This document shows, in pieces, positions 11,578 through 20,302 of a stretch of 64,000 bases of DNA (its first letter is position 1; each line of letters opens with the position of its first letter). The position numbers and the translations under genes are program-made. Source of the stretch: Gammaproteobacteria bacterium (GTDB taxonomy: Bacteria; Pseudomonadota; Gammaproteobacteria; CAJXQU01). The DNA lies in assembly GCA_965238175.1 (NCBI GenBank), contig CBDEGZ010000003.1:1984001-2048000 (forward strand), written 5' to 3'. Under the pieces are notes generated by a model. That model was not told the DNA's origin. It worked only from the letters and a program-made list of their open reading frames with translations, and did no database searches.

Positions 11578-12756
11578 ATGAAAATAATGCAGATCAATAA
11601 TCTCTCTGAAATATCGTGTGATAAATGGAACCAACTTCTTGATAGCGGCTATCCTTTTTTACGATATGAATTTCTAGCAGCATTGGAAAATAGTGGTGCG
11701 GTCAGTGAACATACCGGTTGGATGCCAAGGCATTGTCTCGTTTATGATGATACATTTCAGGAACAAACCTTGGTCGCTGTGATGCCTCTTTATGAAAAAA
11801 CACACTCTTATGGAGAGTACGTATTTGATCATAATTGGGCGAAGGCATACGAGCATCATGAAATTGATTATTATCCTAAATGGCTCACAGCTATACCATT
11901 CACTCCTTGCGAAGGTAATCGACTATTAGTTAAACAAGGTGAAGATCGTGTGAAAATATATGGTGCAGTTATCGATTATCTTCAAACAAAAGCAGGTGAA
12001 GAAAATATTTCCTCTTGGCATTGTTTATTTCCGACCATAGAAGAAGTAGAAATATTTAAACAAAAGAAACTTAATATCAGAGAAGGTGTGCAGTTCCGAT
12101 GGTCTAACCAAGGCTATACTGATTTTGAAGATTTTCTTTCTACGTTTAGTGCAAAAAAAAGAAAAAATGTAAAGCGTGAACGTCGTTGGGTAAATGAGCA
12201 AGAAATAACGTTACGACAAATTCCTGGATCACAAATAACAGAGAGTCAATGGTTAGCTTTTTTTCAGTTTTATCAAATGACTTACTTGAAAAGAAAGATG
12301 TCTCCTTATTTGAACATTAGTTTTTTTCACGAGTTAAGTGAAACCATGCCCGAACAGTTACTAATGGTGATGGCAGAAAAACGGGGCAAGTACGTAGGCG
12401 CTGCTTTGAGTTTGATCGGTGGTGACACACTTTTTGGTCGTTATTGGGGTTGTTATGATGAGTATCATAGCTTGCACTTTGAGGCTTGTTATTATCAAGG
12501 TCTGGAATATTGCATCGATAACAAACTCCAGCGTTTTGATTCTGGCGCACAAGGTGAACACAAAATCAGCCGCGGTTTTGAGCCAGTGACGACTTCCTCA
12601 GCTCATTGGGTTAAAGATCAAAACTTTTCGATTGCAGTTGACCGATATGTCAGGCAAGAGGCTGAAGCCATGGATGAATATAAACAACAAGTGGTGAAAC
12701 TATTACCGTTTAAAAACATCATAGAACAAGACCTAAAGAATAATACAAAGAAATAA
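11578..12756 (+). CDS. FemAB-like GNAT protein (DUF482-type)
   Basis: HSYGEYVFD, LHFEACYYQ, GAQGEHKISRGF. Confidence 0.85.
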   Translation: MKIMQINNLSEISCDKWNQLLDSGYPFLRYEFLAALENSGAVSEHTGWMPRHCLVYDDTFQEQTLVAVMPLYEKTHSYGEYVFDHNWAKAYEHHEIDYYPKWLTAIPFTPCEGNRLLVKQGEDRVKIYGAVIDYLQTKAGEENISSWHCLFPTIEEVEIFKQKKLNIREGVQFRWSNQGYTDFEDFLSTFSAKKRKNVKRERRWVNEQEITLRQIPGSQITESQWLAFFQFYQMTYLKRKMSPYLNISFFHELSETMPEQLLMVMAEKRGKYVGAALSLIGGDTLFGRYWGCYDEYHSLHFEACYYQGLEYCIDNKLQRFDSGAQGEHKISRGFEPVTTSSAHWVKDQNFSIAVDRYVRQEAEAMDEYKQQVVKLLPFKNIIEQDLKNNTKK

Positions 12757-12793
12757 AAAATAATCACCTTATCAATTCAAATTGAGGTAAAAA

Positions 12794-13636
12794 ATGACAC
12801 GTACAAAATATTTAATTACAGGTTTAATTTTGATCATTAATAGTACATCACAGGCTGAAATGAGTGGCATGATTCAGCAAGCAATGGTCGGTGATCATAG
12901 AGAACAGGTGAATATCTCACGGAATGTTTTTAGACACCCGGTAGAAACGCTGACTTTCTTTGGTTTAAAGCCGGAGATGACGGTTGTTGAGATCTGGCCC
13001 GGAGGTGGTTGGTATACAGAAATACTCGCACCTATAATGAGAGAGCAGGGTATATTCTATGCGGCAGGTTTTGCCATGACTGCAGATCGCACACCAAACT
13101 GGCGCAAAGACTATCATAAAAAGTTTACGAAAAAACTAGAGAAAGCCCCGGCAGTTTATGATCATATTGTAGTGACTGAACTCGGCATTCCTGAACGCAC
13201 CACAATGGCTCCTCCCGGTACAGCCGATATAGTGCTAACTTTCCGTAACGTTCATAATTGGTTAAAGGGTGACTATGCGGAAAAAATGTTTGAAGTGATG
13301 GCCCGAGCATTAAAACCTGATGGTATTCTTGGCCTGGTAGAACATCGTGCAAAACCTGGCACCTCAATTGAAGAAATGAAAATTAGTGGTTATATGACGG
13401 AAGCGCATGTCATCGCAATGGCTGAAAAAGCAGGTTTTTTGCTTGAAGAAAAATCCGATATTAATGCCAATAGAAAAGATACAGCTAATCACCCCACTGG
13501 TGTATGGACACTACCACCGTCTTTGCGACATTGTAAAAAAATAGAGGATCCAACAACACGAGATCAATGTACTAAAAAATACACTACTATCGGTGAGTCA
13601 GATCGGATGACATTGAGGTTCCGTAAAGTTAAATAG
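12794..13636 (+). CDS. Exported class I SAM-dependent methyltransferase-like protein
   Basis: Signal peptide; RHPVETLTFFG, EIWPGGGWYTEILAP, TFRNVHNW, GVWTLPP, GESDRMTL. Confidence 0.8.
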   Translation: MTRTKYLITGLILIINSTSQAEMSGMIQQAMVGDHREQVNISRNVFRHPVETLTFFGLKPEMTVVEIWPGGGWYTEILAPIMREQGIFYAAGFAMTADRTPNWRKDYHKKFTKKLEKAPAVYDHIVVTELGIPERTTMAPPGTADIVLTFRNVHNWLKGDYAEKMFEVMARALKPDGILGLVEHRAKPGTSIEEMKISGYMTEAHVIAMAEKAGFLLEEKSDINANRKDTANHPTGVWTLPPSLRHCKKIEDPTTRDQCTKKYTTIGESDRMTLRFRKVK

Positions 13637-13701
13637 ACATTCGTAGCCCTAAACTAGAATTTCCCGAAGTGTATATTGAGGTATGAGTTATTGATCTTAT
13701 T

Positions 13702-15117
13702 TTGAGTAATAAAAACAAAATAAACCTTATGTGGTTTCGACAAGATCTAAGAGTATCTGACAACCCGGCTTTTATCGCAGCCGTGAATAACGGTTCCATT
13801 GTCCCAATCTATATTCTAGATGATATCAATGCTGGAGATCACAAAATGGGTGAGGCAAGTAGAGTCTGGCTTTACTATGCCTTAGATGATTTAAACCAAT
13901 CATTGAATGGACGACTTAAATTTTTTGTGGGTAACGCAGAAAAAATTATTTCGCAGTTATGTGATAACTATGAGATCAATTCAGTTTATTGGAACCGATG
14001 TTACGAACCGTGGCGAATTGCATGTGATCAAACGATAAGAAATAATCTAAAATCCAAAGCGATAGGAGTACATAGTTATAATGGAAGCTTGTTGTGGGAA
14101 CCCTGGGAAGTTTTAAAAGCAGACGGAATGCCATACAAAGTCTTTACACCGTTTTATCGAAGACGTTGTTTGAGTGCAAGTCCGCCTAGACAACCTTATC
14201 CAGCGCCCGAAAAAATTCAATTTTCGCTGGTTGATGTTGAGTGCTTAACGTTAAAAGGTTTGCGGCTTTTACCGACAGTTAAATGGGATGAAAAATTTTC
14301 GAATGTTTGGGATATGACAGTAAAAGGTGCGGTTAATACCTTAAATCAATTTATTGAAGGAGGAATAACGAATTACAAAAAAGGTCACGATTCACCTGCT
14401 GAAAAATCTGTTTCGCGACTCTCTGCCTATTTGCATTTTGGACAACTTTCGCCACAACAGATCTGGCATGAGACACTGAAAAAACAGCAGGATGATAATG
14501 TTGATCATTTCCAAAGTGAACTTGGATGGCGCGAATTTTCATATTCTCTGTTGTTTCACTTCCCTCATTTACCAAAACAGAATTTGCAACAAAAATTCGA
14601 TCGTTTCCCTTGGCAAAATAACCCGTCTCATATCACTGCATGGCAGCAAGGAAATACAGGCTATCCTATCGTTGATGCAGGTATGCGAGAGCTATGGAAA
14701 ACCGGATATATGCATAACCGAGTTAGAATGATTGTGGGATCATTTCTGGTTAAGAATTTATTGGTGAATTGGCGTGTTGGAGAGGCCTGGTTCTGGAATT
14801 GTTTAGTCGATGCTGACTTAGCTAACAATAGTGCAAGCTGGCAATGGATAGCGGGTTGTGGTGCTGACGCAGCACCGTATTTTAGAATCTTTAATCCCAT
14901 AACACAGGGTGAAAAGTTTGATACTAAAGGAGTTTACACACGTAAATTTGTACCAGAGCTAAAAGATCTACCCGACAAATATTTATTTAAGCCTTTTGCC
15001 GCACCAGAAGAAATACTACAACAGGCAGGTGTTGTGTTAGGAGAAAATTATCCTCACCCCATCGTTGATCTGAAATATTCACGAGAACGTGCATTAGAGA
15101 CATTCAAATCTTTATAA
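13702..15117 (+). CDS. phrB: Deoxyribodipyrimidine photolyase
   Basis: WFRQDLRVSDNPA, TGYPIVDAGMREL, MHNRVRM, ADAAPYFRIFNP. Confidence 0.93.
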   Translation: MSNKNKINLMWFRQDLRVSDNPAFIAAVNNGSIVPIYILDDINAGDHKMGEASRVWLYYALDDLNQSLNGRLKFFVGNAEKIISQLCDNYEINSVYWNRCYEPWRIACDQTIRNNLKSKAIGVHSYNGSLLWEPWEVLKADGMPYKVFTPFYRRRCLSASPPRQPYPAPEKIQFSLVDVECLTLKGLRLLPTVKWDEKFSNVWDMTVKGAVNTLNQFIEGGITNYKKGHDSPAEKSVSRLSAYLHFGQLSPQQIWHETLKKQQDDNVDHFQSELGWREFSYSLLFHFPHLPKQNLQQKFDRFPWQNNPSHITAWQQGNTGYPIVDAGMRELWKTGYMHNRVRMIVGSFLVKNLLVNWRVGEAWFWNCLVDADLANNSASWQWIAGCGADAAPYFRIFNPITQGEKFDTKGVYTRKFVPELKDLPDKYLFKPFAAPEEILQQAGVVLGENYPHPIVDLKYSRERALETFKSL

Positions 15118-15297
15118 GAAGTGTCTTTGTATCTGACCTAGGCTGACGAAGCGATGCAAGCCTAACATTACATTGTTTCGATTTTTGTAGAATTTCGGCA
15201 GGGTTCGATGTCGAATGTGCGAGCGATCAACATATCACTTTCAGAACGTGTAAGTAACACAAAAACGAAAACTCCTTTTTGTTTAGACCAAGAAAGC

Positions 15298-15405
15298 CAA
15301 TTTAATGGTCAATAATACTATTAATGACCATTAAATTGATCATTCTTATTGACTCAAATACTCATTCTTGTTAATAATGAGTATTATAGTGGTCATTTTA
15401 CCACT
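15298..15405 (+). promoter_or_regulatory. hipBA promoter with three inverted repeats (putative operators)
   Basis: 14-bp arms at 15298-15311/15325-15338; 10-bp arms at 15357-15366/15376-15385; AGTGGT..ACCACT at 15388-15405; TTGACT-N17-TAATAA at 15349-15377. Confidence 0.6.
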
Positions 15406-15434
15406 TAATGAATATTTAAATAGACATTGTAGAA

Positions 15435-15773
15435 TTGGAAATGAAAAAAAAACGCACCTATTCAAAACCAGCCTTAGAAGTCACCATCTTGCTTGGTGAG
15501 CAGATCAAACTTGCTCGTAAGCAACGTAAATGGAATGAGCAAACGCTGGCAGATCGTGCCGGTATTTCACGTACAACACTTCAGAAAATCGAGAAAGGAG
15601 ATATGACATGTGCTATCGGTTTGGTTTTTGAGGTAGCGTCTTTGGTTGGCGTTAACCTCTTTGAGCAGGACAAACGTTCACTAACCTCACAAATTGAACA
15701 AACACGTGACAAGGTTGCGCTTCTCCCACAAAAAATTAAACTCAAACGAAAGATTGTAAAAGATGACTTCTAA
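15435..15773 (+). CDS. XRE-family HTH antitoxin (HipB-like)
   Basis: IKLARKQRKWNEQTLADRAGISRTTLQKIEKG; overlaps the start of the HipA gene. Confidence 0.85.
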   Translation: MEMKKKRTYSKPALEVTILLGEQIKLARKQRKWNEQTLADRAGISRTTLQKIEKGDMTCAIGLVFEVASLVGVNLFEQDKRSLTSQIEQTRDKVALLPQKIKLKRKIVKDDF

Positions 15774-17043
15774 CACCGGTTTAAAAACTCACGAAGATGA
15801 AGCATTTGTCTGGATTTGGCTACCGGGTCAAGATGAGCCAGTCGTCGCTGGACGGCTTGAAGTTGATAATGGTCAGATTGTATTTAACTATGGTCAGAGT
15901 TATCTGGAGCGAATAAATGACACGTGTCCCGCTATATCTATTTATGACCCCGAATTACCTCTGCAACCCGGCATTATAATGCCGGAAGACGGACTCAGTA
16001 TGGCAGGCTGCATTCGTGATGCTGCGCCTGATGTCTGGGGGAGGCGCGTCATTATGAACAAGGTCTTCGGTTCAAAAGGCACTCATGTCGAAACATCAGA
16101 TTTGAGCGAGCTGACTTATTTACTGCAATCAGGATCAGACCGTATTGGAGCACTAGATTTTCAGCACTCGCCAACCGAATATATTCCACGCAATGCCACA
16201 AATGTGCCTATAGAAGAACTTATTACTTCTGCTGAACGCGTTCAAAAAGGTGTGCCGCTTACATCAGAACTAGATCAAGCCTTACTCCATGGCAGCTCCA
16301 TCGGTGGTGCCCGCCCTAAAGCATTGATTGAAGATCAGGGTAAAAAATACGTGGTAAAATTCTCATCAAGTTCAGATCTTTACAGCGTTGTAAAAGCTGA
16401 GTTCGTTGCTATGCGGCTAGCGAAGCTTGCTGGGCTGAATGTTGCAGAGGTTCGTTTAGAACAAGCTGCTGGCAAGGATGTGCTTTTGATTGAACGTTTT
16501 GATCGAAAAAAACGTGGCGATAGCTGGATACGTAAATCAATGGTATCGGCACTGACGATACTTGGGCTTGATGACATGATAGCCAGATACGCTAGCTATG
16601 AAACACTTGCAGAGAGAATACGTCAGCGATTTATCGATCCAAAAGCGACATTAGAAGAGCTATTTTCGAGATTGGTATTTAACATCCTTTGTGGCAATAC
16701 GGATGATCATGCCCGCAATCACGCGGCATTTTGGGACGGCAAAGAATTAACCCTAACGCCTGCCTATGACATCTGCCCACAAGGTCGTACAGGTAATGAG
16801 GCTTCACAAGCAATGCTCATTAGCGGCAATAATAATCTTAGCCAACTTAATACGTGCCTTAAAACGGGGCATAATTTTCTACTATCAACAAAAAAAGTAC
16901 AGCAAGTTTTTGATTGCCAGATTACCTGTATTGAAGAGAATTGGGACAGCGTCTGCGAAGAAGCAAACTTAAGCAAGGTCGATAAAAGCAGCCTGTGGGG
17001 ACGACAGTTTTTGAATAATTTTTCTTTGATGAGGGATGATTAA
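15763..17043 (+). CDS. hipA: HipA-family kinase toxin
   Basis: SIGGARPK, LLIERFDR, NTDDHARNH, LTPAYDI. Confidence 0.9.
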   Translation: MTSNTGLKTHEDEAFVWIWLPGQDEPVVAGRLEVDNGQIVFNYGQSYLERINDTCPAISIYDPELPLQPGIIMPEDGLSMAGCIRDAAPDVWGRRVIMNKVFGSKGTHVETSDLSELTYLLQSGSDRIGALDFQHSPTEYIPRNATNVPIEELITSAERVQKGVPLTSELDQALLHGSSIGGARPKALIEDQGKKYVVKFSSSSDLYSVVKAEFVAMRLAKLAGLNVAEVRLEQAAGKDVLLIERFDRKKRGDSWIRKSMVSALTILGLDDMIARYASYETLAERIRQRFIDPKATLEELFSRLVFNILCGNTDDHARNHAAFWDGKELTLTPAYDICPQGRTGNEASQAMLISGNNNLSQLNTCLKTGHNFLLSTKKVQQVFDCQITCIEENWDSVCEEANLSKVDKSSLWGRQFLNNFSLMRDD

Positions 17044-17356
17044 TCTTCTAAGTAAGATGAAATAACTACTCAATGTCGTGTTGGTCAATCAGGTGTGCGT
17101 GTTTTGAGGTTGTCAAAGCATAAGTCGCTGGATACTGCTCGCCCCACTATCATTACGGGTGTTGATATTGTTGACGAGACCATTAATTGCGTTATAGACG
17201 TGTTGACCTATTTAATTTCTTTTTGAAGCTATAAATTAGAAAATATCTGACGAAATTCACACTTAAAGCCTCAATAATGCCTAAAGTAAGTATCAATCGA
17301 GCCGATATAATTAAACTTGAGTTTAAATATTTGATTAAGCTAAGGAGCAATAAAAA

Positions 17357-17548
17357 ATGAACCTTTCAAAATCTATCCCCAAAACTGTAATTACTATTTC
17401 TCTTTTAACCGGTTTTATGCTTACTTCAACAGCACACGCAACTTCTGTTCCAATTAACATACCAGAACCAGGTACTCTGGCTCTAGCAAGTATTGGTTTA
17501 TTGGGCATGATTGCAGGACGTAAATGGAAAAAGAAATCAAGCAGCTAA
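17357..17548 (+). CDS. Very small PEP-CTERM sorting-domain protein
   Basis: RBS AAGGAG; signal peptide ending AHA; then TSVPINI-PEPGTLALASIGLLGMIAG-RKWKKK. Confidence 0.8.
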   Translation: MNLSKSIPKTVITISLLTGFMLTSTAHATSVPINIPEPGTLALASIGLLGMIAGRKWKKKSSS

Positions 17549-17577
17549 ACGAAGTATATTTAAGTTGACAGTTATTT

Positions 17578-17611
17578 AGCCTCGTTAGGTTTAACCCGAC
17601 GAGGCTTTTTA
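17578..17611 (+). terminator. Rho-independent terminator
   Basis: AGCCTCGTTAGG ... CCCGACGAGGCT hairpin followed by a T run, after the PEP-CTERM gene. Confidence 0.75.
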
Positions 17612-18064
17612 TTTTCTATCCTTTCGTATTTCACAAAACTGTAATGGTCTAAATTGTTTGTGAGCTGGCCCAGATAACTAGTTATTACTACCCTTAACCC
17701 ATTGTTTCAATTGTCTTAATTGAGCCTTCTTGAACAGCATGACGGAAGTTGCCTTGATATGTATAAATCGATACTTGAGCTCGCAGACATTGTTCGACGA
17801 GATCACAATCTATCCGGCAGAGAACGCCTACAAGCAGACACTCGACAACTGAAAGAAATTTATTTACTACCATTCAGCTGGTTTTGCATGTGATAACTAA
17901 GCAGGATAAATAATTGTGTGAATTACGTTCGACGGAATAAGAGTCGAGCCAAAATAATCAAACCATTCTATTCAACTACATATCGTTGTTCTATATGACC
18001 GCCAAATCATATTAGTGGTGGAGTGAGTCACGAAAAACTCTATGCTTTGTGTGTTCTATTGAGT

Positions 18065-18098
18065 CAGAATCGAACTGCCGACACAAGGATTTTCAGTC
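18065..18098 (-). repeat. tRNA-Phe(GAA) 3'-half fragment, att-like
   Basis: Reverse complement GACTGAAAATCCTTGTGTCGGCAGTTCGATTCTG = anticodon loop CTGAAAA plus T-arm GGCAG-TTCGATT-CTG; no D-arm or acceptor stem. Confidence 0.7.
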
Positions 18099-18259
18099 AA
18101 ACGGATGGAATTTCATCTCTTTACATTCAATAACTTACCGGTGCGCCCATTGGTCTGTTTACATGACAATGTACAACTGTGCAGGACAGAATTACGCAAA
18201 ACTCACGCAAGAATTAATACCTTTAAACGGTCTTGTTTATTTATAATTCGTCCAAAGCG

Positions 18260-19030
18260 ATGACCAATAAGCAGACGGGGTATGTCCAGTTTTCGAGGCA
18301 TGAATAGGATCTTTCGATCCATATTTCGCAAGATATTGCGCGTGGTGAAACCGACTCTTCATTCGAAGAAACTCGAAATCAAGGGACTTTTATGACACGT
18401 CAAAAGTGCGCTCAAATGGCGATTGATCTCACTGGAAAGTTGCTTGAACGTGAAGATGTTGCAGAAACCACTCTCGATTTTGAAAGGGAAAGTTCCTACC
18501 AGGATGCGTCTAGTTATGTTGCAGAGGAGCCTATAATAAACCCAAAACAAAGCGATAACTCTTCTTCTATTGACCTGTCTCCCAGCTTCTTTCATGAGCC
18601 TGTATCAACAAATTCTGATGATAATATTGTCAGAAAAGCGAGCGATTTACCTCCATATAAGAAGTCAAATATTGACGCGGATCCTACTCCTGTAAACGAA
18701 GCTACAGACGTTGAGGAATTGGTGAAAAGCATCAAAGAGAAGGAGGCTGAAGCAGCAAAAGAATTTCTGAAAAAAATGGATCGTAAGGGGCAAATCAACA
18801 AGCTTCGTGACCAAATTAGACAGTCAGACGAAGCTGGTTTTCACCAAGATGAAATCGCTAAATTGAATAAAGCCATTGATCATATAGATGATGCATCAAA
18901 CCTTAGAGACCGTGAGATTATGGCATTAAGAAAAGATGTTGAAAATATGGGCTCTCAAGATGATCAGGCTAAATTATCTCCTCTCAAAGGAGGTTCAAAA
19001 CACGATCGTGATCAAGGTTATGAACGTTAA
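18260..19030 (+). pseudogene. C-terminal fragment of a TraA/MobA-type conjugative relaxase-helicase
   Basis: In-frame extension upstream of ORF 18392 reads GYVQFSRHE*DLSIH (helicase motif VI-like, TAG at 18305); MTRQKCAQMAIDL; tail HDRDQGYER. Confidence 0.6.
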
Positions 19031-19144
19031 TCTTTATTAGCTCAGATCGGAACTGATAGCCTGACAGGCTTCGGCATCGTATTCTATTATGTTAGGCATG
19101 ACGCTCAGGAGTTCTTTCACTATATTTTACGCTTTTATTAGACG

Positions 19145-19465
19145 TTATCTAAACCACGCTGAATAATTATATATTCCCAAGATAACCACCAATTCCAATG
19201 CAAAAATAAGAAGTAGAAACTTAATATAATTATTTCTAATCTTAATATAACTTTCAAAGTATTGAATATCCTTTTTATCGATATCCTTCTTCCATGAACT
19301 ATTGAAAGGCATGATATATTTCAAATGAGAAGAGATAGAATATTTTTTAATTATTTCTTTAGGCAAAATATCTTTAAAAGAGATATAAAATAATAGTATT
19401 ACATACCCAACTATCTGAACAAAGATCAATAGAAAAAAAGTATAAACTAAAAAACGTAATGACAT
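19145..19465 (-). CDS. Putative Rhs immunity protein (two TM helices)
   Basis: Directly downstream of the toxin tip, very AT-rich, hydrophobic N- and C-terminal helices. Confidence 0.65.
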   Translation of the reverse strand: MSLRFLVYTFFLLIFVQIVGYVILLFYISFKDILPKEIIKKYSISSHLKYIMPFNSSWKKDIDKKDIQYFESYIKIRNNYIKFLLLIFALELVVILGIYNYSAWFR

Positions 19466-19487
19466 ATCGTTTACGCCTACATTAATC

Positions 19488-20216
19488 TTAAAGAGCTAAA
19501 AGATAAGGAGCAATTGTTGCACAGGTAGCACCGGCAACAGCGATTACTCCAGCCAGACCAAGAGACTCACCGCCAATGTTCAATTGTAATTTTGCAGTTT
19601 CAAGCGCTAATTCCTGGATTTTTGCATTAAATGGTAATTTTTCTGCTGCAGTCAGACATTTATCCTTCTCTGCTTCTAAGTCAGAAATTTTTGCTTGAAG
19701 TTCTTCATATCTTAATAAGGCACTAGATATTGTGGAAATTGATCCTGACTTGCTATAGGCAGCTAAGGCTCCGCAAGCAAGGCCTGCCGCTATTCCAACA
19801 GGAGTTATCAACCCACTTCTGTCCGTTCTAGTGATTGGATTTCCACTCACATACCCATAAGTATTAATCCCACCCCTCAACCCAATCGGGTCACTCGTAA
19901 CATACCGACCAATACTCGGATCATAAGTGCGAAAGTAATTATAGTGCAGCCCCGTCTCCGCATCAAAATACTGCCCAGGGAAGCGCACATTATTCGTCAC
20001 CGTCTCTGTCGTCACAGTTGCCTTCCCAAACGGATCATACCCCGCCTGCCAGACAATATTCTGGTTTGCATCCGTCAGCACCTGTGGGGTGCCCAGATGA
20101 TCGTTGTGGTAGTAACTGATCTCTGTCGCTGAAGCACTCGCCGTTAATCCCGCTATAAACAATAGTCTGAACATTTTACTGAGTGTTTTACCTACTTCCA
20201 TTATTAAACCTGTCAT
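19488..20216 (-). CDS. Signal peptide + Rhs-associated core + C-terminal toxin tip (alternative start 20300)
   Basis: AAGGA RBS before ATG 20216; MTGLIMEVGKTLSKMFRLLFIAGLTASASA/TEISYYHNDHLGTP...RFPGQYFDAETGLHYNYFRTYDP...DPIGL...NPITRTDRSGL, then a 106-aa tip. Confidence 0.88.
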   Translation of the reverse strand: MTGLIMEVGKTLSKMFRLLFIAGLTASASATEISYYHNDHLGTPQVLTDANQNIVWQAGYDPFGKATVTTETVTNNVRFPGQYFDAETGLHYNYFRTYDPSIGRYVTSDPIGLRGGINTYGYVSGNPITRTDRSGLITPVGIAAGLACGALAAYSKSGSISTISSALLRYEELQAKISDLEAEKDKCLTAAEKLPFNAKIQELALETAKLQLNIGGESLGLAGVIAVAGATCATIAPYLLAL

Positions 20217-20302
20217 GGGTTTTCTTCCTTTCATGGCGATTACTGCTGCCGCTTGTCTTTTTTGATCAATCATGTCGTTGTTTGTTTTCGTCTGTCTCAT
20301 GA

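Noticed and set aside
15136-15166. REP-like hairpin TAGGCT...AGCCTA after phrB
   Set aside because: Only one copy seen; cannot be distinguished from a terminator
17720-17893. Short open frame of about 57 codons
   Set aside because: No RBS or motif; at most an unidentifiable remnant
18065-18098. Possible tRNA gene
   Set aside because: Only the anticodon loop and T-arm are present; reported as an att-like fragment
19059-19097. GCCTGAC...GTTAGGC attC-like pair
   Set aside because: About 39 bp with no L-box pairing, isolated between convergent genes
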